Shown: positions 40,664-50,232, numbered from the stretch's first letter. The stretch: 64,000 nt of DNA from Nitrospirales bacterium (GCA_965223295.1 CBDCWC010000003.1:704001-768000), one strand, 5' to 3'. Made by a program: numbers and translations. The notes: generated from the sequence alone by a model not told the origin.

Positions 40664-42256
40664 TTAGGAAGCATCTTTGGCGCAGCGAAAGCCTGTTTGA
40701 TCATCAGAATCTTCTGGTAACTGATTTTCCCGAACCTTCAGCTCTAAATAAGAAAACCACGACCCGCCACGTTTGACCTTTTCACTCCCCTTTTGAGGAC
40801 CCGATGGATCCCTCTGAGGGCTACTCTGATAATACCCCGGATCATACCAATCACTTGTCCATTCCCAAACATTCCCGGCCATATCAAACAACCCCCAAGG
40901 GTTGGGAGAAAAAGATCCAACCGGAGCAGCTCGGGCAAACCCATCATCCACTTTCTCAAATTCGATGGAGCCACTAAAGATCGAGCGAAATTGGATATCA
41001 GGAATATTTCCTACTTGTTCTGTGGGTGCGACATCCCCCCACCAGTGTTTGGTGGATGTCCCAGCTCGAGCAGAGTATTCCCATTCCGCTTCCGTTGGTA
41101 GCCGTTTCCTTGCCCATTCACAGTAGGTCTGGGCATCAAACCAAGAAACCTGTACCACCGGAAATTTCTCGCCTGTATTTTCAGTGCTTGAACCCTCACC
41201 CATGGGATGACGCCAGTTCGCCTTCTCAATTTCCTGAGGTTGCCACGTACTGCCAAAAAATACGCCGTCTTTTTTCATGACCGCCATTTGCGTTCCTTGA
41301 TGTTCTACAGTGCTCTGATATCCAGACTCTTTTACAAATTTGCTAAATTGTTCGACGGTAATTTCATGAGAATCCATATAAAATGACCCAACCTGAACAT
41401 GATGAGATGGTGAATAGTCCGCGTTACGTTCAGGCAAACAAAAGTCCACCTTCATAATGGAATCCCATTCACACACTTCATTGGGTTCAGAACCCATAAT
41501 AAATTCGCCAGAGGGAATCAATACCATTTTAAGATCATCATTCCTGGTGAGTGAGGAACCGTCTTCTTCATCAACGGCACGGTCAAATTCCTCTTTAACA
41601 CTTTCTTCCAGGGAACCCGGTTCAACACCAATCCCTTCTAAGTATGTCAATAAACTCTTGTGGGTAATACCTAGACCAAACTCTCCTCTATTAGTCATCG
41701 CCATCCCGACAACCTTCCCGTTGAAGACGATAGGGCCACCGGAAAATCTAGCCGCAACTCCCGGATCTAAGGTGATATCATGTACCACACGATTGGAAAT
41801 ATCTCGGTTTACGACTGCCCAGTCTCCACCACCACCTGGATGCCCAACAACCACTACCCGTTCCCCTCCGGAAACCAATTGGACAGACGATGGAAATTCC
41901 AAAATCTGTATATTGTTCGGAAAGTGTTCTGTTCCTCGAACAATGAGAACGGCCAGTCCTCGCAGATCATCCCCAACCTGAGCTCCAGGCATTACGGCTG
42001 CAGTGATTGGAATTTGGGGGGCATCTGAAGGATGTGCCGAAAAAAATTCGACCCGTGGCTGTTGATCCCCTGCAATTACATGGGCAGCCGTCATGACATA
42101 GACCGTTTCCGGTTCCAGACGAACAATAAAACCCGTTCCGGTTTGCCCTGTTGTCGTGGTAATTTTCACCACCCCAGATTTCAAACTATCTAGATCCTGC
42201 GCCCAAGCCGCTGGCCCAAATGTAAACATGTTGATTAGGCTGAAAAGACAACACAT
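40664..42256 (-). CDS. Exported trypsin-like protease fused to an FGE-sulfatase/SUMF1 (CLec-fold) domain
   Basis: GTGF, TAAHVI, FSGGP; F.MGS, PVVQVSW, RLPTEAEWEY, GLFDMAGNVWEW, RGGSW, GFRC. Start is either 42256 or the upstream 42433/42430. Confidence 0.85.
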   Translation of the reverse strand: MCCLFSLINMFTFGPAAWAQDLDSLKSGVVKITTTTGQTGTGFIVRLEPETVYVMTAAHVIAGDQQPRVEFFSAHPSDAPQIPITAAVMPGAQVGDDLRGLAVLIVRGTEHFPNNIQILEFPSSVQLVSGGERVVVVGHPGGGGDWAVVNRDISNRVVHDITLDPGVAARFSGGPIVFNGKVVGMAMTNRGEFGLGITHKSLLTYLEGIGVEPGSLEESVKEEFDRAVDEEDGSSLTRNDDLKMVLIPSGEFIMGSEPNEVCEWDSIMKVDFCLPERNADYSPSHHVQVGSFYMDSHEITVEQFSKFVKESGYQSTVEHQGTQMAVMKKDGVFFGSTWQPQEIEKANWRHPMGEGSSTENTGEKFPVVQVSWFDAQTYCEWARKRLPTEAEWEYSARAGTSTKHWWGDVAPTEQVGNIPDIQFRSIFSGSIEFEKVDDGFARAAPVGSFSPNPWGLFDMAGNVWEWTSDWYDPGYYQSSPQRDPSGPQKGSEKVKRGGSWFSYLELKVRENQLPEDSDDQTGFRCAKDAS

Positions 42257-42322
42257 GGCTTCCCTGAAATAACAAAAGAGTCCCTCATTTAAGTTGCATG
42301 AAGAATTGTTTTCTCTGCCTGG

Positions 42323-42392
42323 GTCATTCCCGTAAAAACGGGAATCCAGATTATTTATTACATTTCTGGATGCCCGCCTTCGCGGGCATGAT
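42323..42392. repeat. REPIN: inverted pair of GTCATTCCCG-N-CGGGAATCCAG-type REPs
   Basis: GTCATTCCCGTAAAAACGGGAATCCAG (42323-42349) and CTGGATGCCCGCCTTCGCGGGCATGAT (42366-42392). Confidence 0.85.
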
Positions 42393-42448
42393 GAACATCT
42401 AGCTCGTCCTATACACCTTTTCAAAAACATCACTCTTACCCGTTGTTG

Positions 42449-43960
42449 CTATAACCCAACTAAATTTCTAAGCGGCGACAAGACCGGATGGAAACGAATG
42501 ACATCGAATACCGTTGGTCTAAGATCTCGTGGATTGTCGTGCGTTCCTGTCTTAATGTAGCCAACTTTTCCTTGCATATCTACCACAAACATATGAGTCA
42601 TAAAATCGACACGAATTGAAGTAATTTCAAATCGCTCAAGATCGTCGACAGACAAAAACATCGGGGCCCGAAATGTGACCTCGGGAAAATCTGAAAGATT
42701 CCGATAGCGAACAACCCCTTGGAAATTGGGATGACTCTTTCGTTCACCAGTCTTAGGATCTTGCCAAGACACATCCAACGACTCTACTGGTAAGGTCGTC
42801 GTGGAAAATGTAAATTTTTCCGTACGTGTACTCGGATTAATCACCATGCTAAAGGTGGTATCGTTTCCTTCTATTGTCATTGTTCCAGAATGTCCATCGA
42901 ACAGAGCCTGATATGTCAGTTCTTGATTCTGCGTAAACGGCAAATTGGAAACCTCTTGCAACAAAAGACCTTCTTCCACCATTTCTACATTACCTAAGCC
43001 TGACAAGACCACTCGCTGTTTTTCTTGTTCGGCCCTCATTGTCAGCGTCATAGCCTCATCACTAGATGTTTCAAGCATGACGGTGGTTGGTTTGGCAAGC
43101 AGAATCGCATCTAACTTTCCAACAGACGGTTCACTTTTATTGATGGACTCGAGTGTGACCATGGCGTTCATTCCAGACTTCACCGCCCCAAATTTCCAGG
43201 CTCGCCCCTGGCTTTGCAATTCTATCCAAGCCTTGGGCGGATACACATCGGCTTCCCAATCCAACTCGTCAGGATTAGCCACAAGCAATTGATTGGGGCT
43301 CATTACCACATGTCCCACCTGTTGCAGAGAAAGCTTGTGAAACATCAATGGATCCGTCAATCGTTTCTGATCAGACCCGGGATTGATAAACGCTTCAAAG
43401 CGGCCCGTCTGCACTTGAATATTCACATCTGCATCGATGTGCCAGAATGAACTGACGAGTAACAACATGACGAAAACAATGGCCACAAGGACTTTTATGC
43501 CAATGACCGAGGCAATTTTCCCGATCCACGATGCTTTGGTCACCGCCTCTACTGGTAACGCGAGAGGCTTTCCTTCTAACTTTGCCTTGATGACGGAAAG
43601 AAGAATAGAAAATTCCTTGGATTCCGCTGTCCCCTTCCAGTCCAAAAACCGCAAAGCTTGGATCCCCGTAAAAGCCAAGGGAATCGCATTCGCTTCCAAC
43701 ATGACTGGGACAATCTTCTCTCCTTTTAAGGCCGCCCGAGCTTCTGCTCGAACCCATCTGGATCGCTTGGATTGCGTAGTCCATAAGACCACTACACATT
43801 TGGCCCCTGTGAGCGCCTCTTCAATGGTCTTATCCCATTCACTCCCAACCTGAATATCTCGATCCCACCACACAGAAAGACCCGAGGCTTCCAGGCCATG
43901 CGCCACTTGCTGAGCAATGGCCCGATCTTCACTTGAATAACTTATGAAGATGTCCTTCAT
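42449..43960 (-). CDS. TIR-domain single-pass membrane protein with large extracytoplasmic domain
   Basis: DIFISYSSED, GLSVWWD, VVVLWT..S..SRWVRAE (TIR_2); TM helix VLVAIVFVMLLLV; about 330-aa beta-rich C-terminal region. Confidence 0.88.
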   Translation of the reverse strand: MKDIFISYSSEDRAIAQQVAHGLEASGLSVWWDRDIQVGSEWDKTIEEALTGAKCVVVLWTTQSKRSRWVRAEARAALKGEKIVPVMLEANAIPLAFTGIQALRFLDWKGTAESKEFSILLSVIKAKLEGKPLALPVEAVTKASWIGKIASVIGIKVLVAIVFVMLLLVSSFWHIDADVNIQVQTGRFEAFINPGSDQKRLTDPLMFHKLSLQQVGHVVMSPNQLLVANPDELDWEADVYPPKAWIELQSQGRAWKFGAVKSGMNAMVTLESINKSEPSVGKLDAILLAKPTTVMLETSSDEAMTLTMRAEQEKQRVVLSGLGNVEMVEEGLLLQEVSNLPFTQNQELTYQALFDGHSGTMTIEGNDTTFSMVINPSTRTEKFTFSTTTLPVESLDVSWQDPKTGERKSHPNFQGVVRYRNLSDFPEVTFRAPMFLSVDDLERFEITSIRVDFMTHMFVVDMQGKVGYIKTGTHDNPRDLRPTVFDVIRFHPVLSPLRNLVGL

Positions 43961-43979
43961 AAGGCACGAGACAATCCGG

Positions 43980-44741
43980 TTAGGGATTAAGAGAAGGTTG
44001 GTGGAAGAAATGAACTTCTTTGTTGATGGATTGATTCGTAGAAAGAGAAAACCCTGTGATCTTTAGTACATATGAACCGGGCAGAGCATCTCTGGCATTC
44101 CATTGAATGGTAAACGGTCGCCCTGCACGCTTCCGCCGAAACTTTTGTACATTCATCGTCTGCCCTGTTTCTTGCTGAAGGATGGCAGCCATAAGCCGTG
44201 CATCTTCCCCTGTTTTCATCGTGAAGAGATAACCCTCGATTGTCGCAGGAGGATGGGCATAATACAGCACAGCCGGCGCGACTCGTTCTACTGTCGAACT
44301 GGTTGCGCTGCCCAAACGCACCAATGCGCCCATGTCGTACAGATCCAACTTAGGCACAAGTTGATTCAAGACAGGATCAGTAGGCCAGGTAAATACATTC
44401 TGAAAACCTGATTTCCAAGGGGTTGCAGGCCGAACCTTATCCAGCCAATAATAGGCTCGATAGTCTAGCTCTCGGACGATAAGATGCACTATGTCGTCGC
44501 CTTCCAAATAAAAACGAAGTGAGAGACGCTCAGGGAACCGCTCTGTCTCTACAGGCTCTTGATAATCAACAAGGACAGAAATCAGTTCAATGTCATAGCC
44601 CGAGACCGGTTTAGGCTTCACGCCTTCATAGCGATCCCCTCGCTGTTGATATTGGAGGTCAAGTTGAGCCCAGACAAGCATGGGAAACGTTCCAAGCAAG
44701 ACGAGGCCAATACGAAGTCCCCTAGAAACCCGTTTCATCAT
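43980..44741 (-). CDS. Secreted hypothetical protein (first gene of the TIR/protease operon)
   Basis: Signal peptide ending VWA-Q; C-terminal Ig-like W.......GSYVLKI pattern. Confidence 0.75.
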   Translation of the reverse strand: MMKRVSRGLRIGLVLLGTFPMLVWAQLDLQYQQRGDRYEGVKPKPVSGYDIELISVLVDYQEPVETERFPERLSLRFYLEGDDIVHLIVRELDYRAYYWLDKVRPATPWKSGFQNVFTWPTDPVLNQLVPKLDLYDMGALVRLGSATSSTVERVAPAVLYYAHPPATIEGYLFTMKTGEDARLMAAILQQETGQTMNVQKFRRKRAGRPFTIQWNARDALPGSYVLKITGFSLSTNQSINKEVHFFHQPSLNP

Positions 44742-44965
44742 CTAGCTCTCTCTTTGTTCATCATGGCAGGATCACCAGAACGCGTTCGATTGAAAAACCA
44801 AAATTCAGATGTGATGCAGTCTACCGCGGACGGAAAAATGAATCTAGTAGTGAGGGAACTTGTGACGTACGAAGAAGATGAGACGTTAGCAAAAAAATGG
44901 AACAAACTAGAAAGGATGGGAAGGATGTTCCTTAGGAATCAATAGGCTCCCAATTTCAGGTAGTG

Positions 44966-46480
44966 CTATGTGCCTTGAGGTAAGCGTTCTTCTTCCCAGC
45001 CACCGCCAATGGCTTTGAAGAGCGTGACCATGTCGTTGAGACGAGCGCGTTGGGTTTGCACCAATTGCAATTCGGCGGACAGCACGGTCCGCTGCGCATC
45101 TAAAACGTCTAAGTATGTGACTAAACCTTGGCGGTATCGAATTTCTGCTAATTCACGCGCGTTTTGTGAAGCTTGGACCTGGCGTTGTTGATGGACGAGT
45201 TGTTCTTGCCGGGTCTGCAAGGCACTCAGCACATCCGCTACTTCGCGAAAGGCATTCAGGATGGTGTGTTGATATTGCTCTAGCATCTGCTGATAACGGG
45301 ATTCGGCCACTTCTAAACGGGCCTTGTTGGTATAACCCTCGAAAATAGGAAGTGACACGGAAGGCCCTACACTAAAATTTCGGCTCGCCCAGTTGAACCA
45401 TTCAGAAAATTCACTGGTTTGAAATCCCCCCGTTCCCGTTAGGGCCACCGTCGGGAAAAAATACGCGCGTGCTTCTCCTATGCGAGCATTGGCCGCTTTT
45501 AAGTTTTCTTCCACTTCCACAATATCCGGACGCCGTTGCAATAGATCCGCCGGCAACCCGATGGGTATGGACGGCTGAACCACGACCGCCCGCAATGGCT
45601 TCGTCTCAAGACCCAACGCATTGGGGTGCGCTCCCGACAGCCATTCCAGTTGATGTTGCTGCACCGCTCGCAACCGGCGTAATTCCGGCACTTGCGCCGC
45701 CGTTTCAGAGACAAGAATTTCCGCTCGTTTAACATCCAGATCTGACACCAGACCCGCCTCGGCTCTGGCTTTGATAATGGAGAGAGAATCTTGCTGCAAG
45801 GCGAGATTGTGGGTGGCAATTTCCAGCTGTTCGTCTAATTCTCGCAGGCGAAAATAGCCTTGAGCCACATCACTCATAAGGGACAACGCAATGCCACGCC
45901 GATTCATCTCACTGGCAAAAGCTTCGGCAGAAAACGCCTCTTGGTTTCGACGGATACGTCCCCATAAATCTAACTCCCACCGTAAATCTAAGGCCGTATT
46001 CCAAATATCAAAATTCGCGCCTGGTGGCGCAAATCCTTCGGGTGAGACTCCCGTTGGAGCCGCCAAGATAGTTTCTGACCGCCGCACACGGGTGTAGTTC
46101 CCATCCAATGACAGATTGGGATACAGACCGGCGCCAGCTCCTTGCGCCAAAGCCCGCGCCTCCAGTACCCGGAACCCTGCCTGCCGTACATCATGATTAC
46201 GTTCTAACGCTTGTTCAATGAGGTGGTTGAGCTCTTCATTCTGAAATACCTGCCACCAAGACGCCTCCGGAACCAACCCTACTGAAACCGAAAGATCCGA
46301 CGTTGTACCCGTCATGGTCATGGCATCCCAATTTTGAGGCGTTCTAGAATCTGGCATCTGGTAATCAGGCCCCATCAAGCAGGCGGGAAAGCCGGCGATA
46401 ATTCCTATGATCAACAGGCAGAAGGTCCAATCAACCGGTCGTTGAGCTAATACATATTTCCGTGTCGGCAAAGGTCTCAT
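44966..46480 (-). CDS. NodT/OprM-type outer membrane efflux lipoprotein
   Basis: C..GPDY..P, WW..F....L..LI..AL..N.D, WELDLWG, LLQRRPDI, LFKAIGGGW. Confidence 0.93.
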   Translation of the reverse strand: MRPLPTRKYVLAQRPVDWTFCLLIIGIIAGFPACLMGPDYQMPDSRTPQNWDAMTMTGTTSDLSVSVGLVPEASWWQVFQNEELNHLIEQALERNHDVRQAGFRVLEARALAQGAGAGLYPNLSLDGNYTRVRRSETILAAPTGVSPEGFAPPGANFDIWNTALDLRWELDLWGRIRRNQEAFSAEAFASEMNRRGIALSLMSDVAQGYFRLRELDEQLEIATHNLALQQDSLSIIKARAEAGLVSDLDVKRAEILVSETAAQVPELRRLRAVQQHQLEWLSGAHPNALGLETKPLRAVVVQPSIPIGLPADLLQRRPDIVEVEENLKAANARIGEARAYFFPTVALTGTGGFQTSEFSEWFNWASRNFSVGPSVSLPIFEGYTNKARLEVAESRYQQMLEQYQHTILNAFREVADVLSALQTRQEQLVHQQRQVQASQNARELAEIRYRQGLVTYLDVLDAQRTVLSAELQLVQTQRARLNDMVTLFKAIGGGWEEERLPQGT

Positions 46481-47427
46481 GATGCTGGTTCGGAATGAGT
46501 CGCCTCGCGGTCAATGAAGACATCGACTTGTTGACCGACGTAGAGAGGGAAGCTTGGTTTTTCAAATTGATAAATGACTTGGAGCACGCGGGTATCGACA
46601 CGTTCGCGATTATCTCCGGTCAATGAACGTTTGGGAACGATATAGGGCTCGATTCGGTAAAATGTCAGCCGAATCGCCTGATCTGTTTGTCCCTTGAGAT
46701 AGGCCACTGCCGGACGACCGGGAACGACCAATGGGGCATTCACTTCATCAATATCTGCACGAACCTGGAGCGTTTCCGTATCGCCTAATAAAATAAGCGG
46801 CTCACTAGCATTGACCGTGGCATATTCCCCGGCACGAACATTGACCTGCAAAATGGTACCCGCTCGGGGAGCCCGAATAGTTAAACGCTCTAAGAGTGAC
46901 TGAACCTCATCACGCTGCGTTTGCGCTAACCGCAAGTCGGCTTTCGCCCGGATCAGTCCCCGCTTGGCCGATTCCACTTCATGCCATTTCCGCTGCACAT
47001 CATCCTGACTGACAGCCCGACGATCTTTCACGGACTGTAGTCGCGCGAATTGATCTTGCACATCACGCAACCGAACCTCCTGTTCCGCGATCCGCGCTGA
47101 GGCTGAGGGCAAGGAATCGGTTCGAGTCTGAAGTTGAGCCCGCAGTTCACGATCATCTAACTGAAAAAGCGGAGCACCATGGTTGACTGTGTCGGCCACC
47201 TTGACATGTACCTTGGTGACTAACCCCGAGACCGGGGGAGCAATTCTGACATTCTCATTGACGGCTTCGATAATCCCGGCTGCCGCCACGGTTGCCTGAT
47301 ACGGGTTCGATGGTGGGGCTTCAATCGGCGGAGGCGCGGCCGGTTTATCCCCTGCCCCCCACAACGTGGCAATCGTTAATAGCACACCCGCGATAGCCAG
47401 CCAGACACTCACCCGCCGAAATACCAT
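46477..47427 (-). CDS. HlyD/DevB-type membrane fusion protein
   Basis: AAGIIE, IRAP.AG.IL, VPKRSLTG...ERVDTRVLQV; start ATG 47427 with AGGAGG SD. Confidence 0.88.
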   Translation of the reverse strand: MVFRRVSVWLAIAGVLLTIATLWGAGDKPAAPPPIEAPPSNPYQATVAAAGIIEAVNENVRIAPPVSGLVTKVHVKVADTVNHGAPLFQLDDRELRAQLQTRTDSLPSASARIAEQEVRLRDVQDQFARLQSVKDRRAVSQDDVQRKWHEVESAKRGLIRAKADLRLAQTQRDEVQSLLERLTIRAPRAGTILQVNVRAGEYATVNASEPLILLGDTETLQVRADIDEVNAPLVVPGRPAVAYLKGQTDQAIRLTFYRIEPYIVPKRSLTGDNRERVDTRVLQVIYQFEKPSFPLYVGQQVDVFIDREATHSEPAS

Positions 47428-47451
47428 TACACAAGATCCTCCTACCCTTGT

Positions 47452-47640
47452 TGGATTGTTGAATAATGAAGATATCAAAAGCCCTATTTCGCCAGGAAGC
47501 CTTGTCCATCAACAGTGTGGGTCTGTTCAAAAAAGTCCGTCCAGCAAGGCCGCAGCCATTTTTGCGCGCAGAGCGTACTGGCACTACGTGAGCACGGAAA
47601 AATGGCGAGAACGCCGCTGGCGGCTTTTTTCAACAGACCC
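47452..47640 (-). mobile_element. Family A element copy 7 (extension type I) in the last codons of the ABC ATPase gene
   Basis: CTTGT direct repeats at 47447-47451 and 47641-47645. Confidence 0.92.
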
Positions 47641-48370
47641 CTTGTTGAATTTGTCCTATCCGCCCATCTTCCATATGCACAATCCGATCACCAAATTCAA
47701 AAATCCGAGAATCATGTGTGACAATGATGACAGCGCGATCAGGATGCTTGCCCACGGCACATAACTCTTCCACAATCCGATGCCCAGTCTCCCCATCCAA
47801 ACTCGCCGTGGGTTCATCACAGAGAAGCAATTGCGGTTCTGCAACCAGCGCACGGGCAATGGCCACCCGCTGCTGTTCCCCACCCGACAACTTTGTGGGC
47901 AAGGCCGTTAAACGTTCGCCCATTCCCAACGTCTTCAACACCTCCTCAGCACGATCTTTAGCATCTGATTTTGCAACTCCCTGAACAAAAAGCGGAACCG
48001 CAGCATTTTCCACAGCCGTCAGCGTGGGCAGTAAATTATATTGCTGAAAGATAAAGCCCAAATGATCCCGGCGAAAATTGGTTTTCTCCGACGCTGATAA
48101 CTCGTGAATCGACTCTCCCAGCACCCGCACATCACCATCATCAGTTTCTAAAATTCCGGCAATTACGGACAGCAATGTGGTTTTTCCACTTCCAGATGGA
48201 CCGACCAGTAACAACACTTCCCCGCTTGCCACATCTAGATCCACTCCCTTCAGCACAGGAATTTTCGTGTCTCCTTCACCAAAGGATTTCGTGATACCTC
48301 GTGCGCGAACCAACCAATCTGACAAATCCTGCTCCAAGGATTCCACACTGTGAGACACTCCGTTATCCAC
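47630..48370 (-). CDS. ABC transporter ATP-binding protein (DevA/LolD/MacB-like)
   Basis: GPSGSGKT, LSGGEQQR, CDEPT, VTHD. Confidence 0.93.
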   Translation of the reverse strand: MDNGVSHSVESLEQDLSDWLVRARGITKSFGEGDTKIPVLKGVDLDVASGEVLLLVGPSGSGKTTLLSVIAGILETDDGDVRVLGESIHELSASEKTNFRRDHLGFIFQQYNLLPTLTAVENAAVPLFVQGVAKSDAKDRAEEVLKTLGMGERLTALPTKLSGGEQQRVAIARALVAEPQLLLCDEPTASLDGETGHRIVEELCAVGKHPDRAVIIVTHDSRIFEFGDRIVHMEDGRIGQIQQGVC

Positions 48371-49496
48371 GAAACACCACCGCTGGTTCCAACTTGGCTA
48401 ATTTTCGAATGCTAATGGCACTGGACAAACTGCAGATCATCAGAAGCGCGACTCCAACACCGATCAATAACGGCCAGGTTTCATTAAACGGCAACCGACC
48501 TCCGCTCCCGGCCGTGAGTCCAAACACCGTCGCTAATCCCACACCCACGCCATACCCAATCAACCCAACGGTAAAGCTTTGCAAGAGAATCATTTTGGCC
48601 AACATCCCTGTACTGGCTCCGATGGCTTTGAGCGCTCCAAACTGCCGCAGATTCTCGATGGTAAATAGATAAAACGTTTGACCGGCAATAGCCATGCCAA
48701 CAATAAAACCTAATAAGACCGTGGTTCCAAAATTCACACCAATACCCGTATATTTTAAAATCCACTGTACCGTTTTCCACCCAAACTGATCGCCCGTATA
48801 CGCCCCTAATCCCGTGTGCTTTTGGATGCGTTGAGCAAGTTCTTCGGGGCTCAATCCCTCAATTGGACTGGCCAATACATATGACAACTTCCGCCGCTCT
48901 TGAGGCGTCACTTCTAACGCCCGTTCATACGTGGTGTAGACAAACGGAAACCCTTGAAAGCTTTTTTGCGCTTTGACTATGGCTACAATCCGGACGCGAT
49001 GGTCATTAATTTCAAAGGTCGAACCAAGATGGATCATCTCAGGGCCGCCTAAGCGCTCCACCCCTAATTGATCAATCGCGACGGCTTCAGGCGACCGGAG
49101 CTCTTCAATATTTCCTTCAAGAACTGTAGCTGGACGGCCAATCAACGTGCTGGACTCTAACCCCACTAATGAAATTTGCTCAAAGTTCCCATTACGCAAG
49201 CGTGCACGTTGTACCCCTTTATAGAGAGGCACCGCCCATTCCACACCAGGCACACTCCGAACCACATTGACGGCCGTATCTGCTAGGGGTTTAATTTCTT
49301 CCACTTGATTGATATTTGGATCGGTCACCCACACTGGGGCATTAATATTCGTGATGCCAGATTGCGACCAAGTCATGAGTCCCCAGAAAATTGACCCTTG
49401 CTGCACAATTAACATTGTTGAAAAGGTCAACCCTGCTAGAAGCATCATATATTTCGCCCGATCTCCAAATAGCATTTTGAGTGCGACAAAATTCAT
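48363..49496 (-). CDS. ABC transporter permease (DevC/FtsX-MacB type)
   Basis: ALKMLFGDRAKY, QTFYLFT.ENLRQFGALKAIG, EPA.VFR. Confidence 0.9.
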   Translation of the reverse strand: MNFVALKMLFGDRAKYMMLLAGLTFSTMLIVQQGSIFWGLMTWSQSGITNINAPVWVTDPNINQVEEIKPLADTAVNVVRSVPGVEWAVPLYKGVQRARLRNGNFEQISLVGLESSTLIGRPATVLEGNIEELRSPEAVAIDQLGVERLGGPEMIHLGSTFEINDHRVRIVAIVKAQKSFQGFPFVYTTYERALEVTPQERRKLSYVLASPIEGLSPEELAQRIQKHTGLGAYTGDQFGWKTVQWILKYTGIGVNFGTTVLLGFIVGMAIAGQTFYLFTIENLRQFGALKAIGASTGMLAKMILLQSFTVGLIGYGVGVGLATVFGLTAGSGGRLPFNETWPLLIGVGVALLMICSLSSAISIRKLAKLEPAVVFRG

Positions 49497-50182
49497 GACT
49501 TGTCTTTCCGCTTTCGGCTCTTTGATGAACGAGTGAAACCTGTTCGACCTGAATGAACATCTGATGGCTTACGCAATCCATTCAAAAATACTTCCACAAA
49601 GGTCCGAGTAATCTCTTCTGAGTCCTCTGCCACCGGCGCTTGAAACAACACCGTGAGAAGTCGATGATAGATCAACATCCCCATGAACGATCGAGCGGCA
49701 ACCAGTGGGGGGACAGGCCGAAAGACTCCTTCTTGAATGCGTTGTTCAATGTACGCACTCAACACATCGTAAAAATGGCGAATATGGTTATGAAAAAACA
49801 TATCCGATAATTCATGGTTTTCTAAGGCACTGAACAGAATGAGCCGCATAAGATTTTGATCGGGTGCGCCTCCCACAATCGTTTCTGCAATGGCCTGAAA
49901 GACCTCTATATCCTTCCGCTGCTCGGCAAGTTCTTTAATCTGTTCCAACAGACCAGGGACCGGAGACTTTTCTGCTAAAATGGCGGTATAGAGATCTTCC
50001 TTACTCGGAAAATGTTTAAAAATTAAGGCTTCGCTGACTCCAGCCAGCGCAGCAATTTCACGAGTTTTTGTCCCATTAAATCCTTTTTCTGAGAAAACTG
50101 AAGCTGCAGATTGGATAATGCTGGCCTTCCGGGCAGCAGCCGGAATACGGGGACTTGGCGTTTTTGGTAAAATCTTTTTCAT
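49493..50182 (-). CDS. TetR/AcrR family regulator
   Basis: F.EKGF.GT.TREIA..AGVSE..IFKHF.SKEDL. Confidence 0.92.
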   Translation of the reverse strand: MKKILPKTPSPRIPAAARKASIIQSAASVFSEKGFNGTKTREIAALAGVSEALIFKHFPSKEDLYTAILAEKSPVPGLLEQIKELAEQRKDIEVFQAIAETIVGGAPDQNLMRLILFSALENHELSDMFFHNHIRHFYDVLSAYIEQRIQEGVFRPVPPLVAARSFMGMLIYHRLLTVLFQAPVAEDSEEITRTFVEVFLNGLRKPSDVHSGRTGFTRSSKSRKRKDKS

Positions 50183-50187
50183 ATTAG

Positions 50188-50232
50188 TAAGTATTTACTT
50201 ATTACTATATGATCTCTATCAAACCTCGTCAA
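50188..50232 (-). promoter_or_regulatory. Sigma-70 promoter and palindromic TetR-type operator of the efflux operon
   Basis: Minus strand TTGACG-N17-TATAGT; palindrome TAAGTA-TT-TACTTA at 50188-50201 between the -10 and the ATG. Confidence 0.7.

Noticed and set aside
40664-40800. FGE/CLec C-terminus as a diversity-generating retroelement variable region
   Set aside because: No template repeat or reverse transcriptase seen in this window; a remote DGR cannot be excluded without a genome search.
47428-47478. Longer start for the HlyD-type gene (MISSLFNNPTR...)
   Set aside because: The extension comes from the tail of element copy 7; the SD-supported ATG is at 47427.
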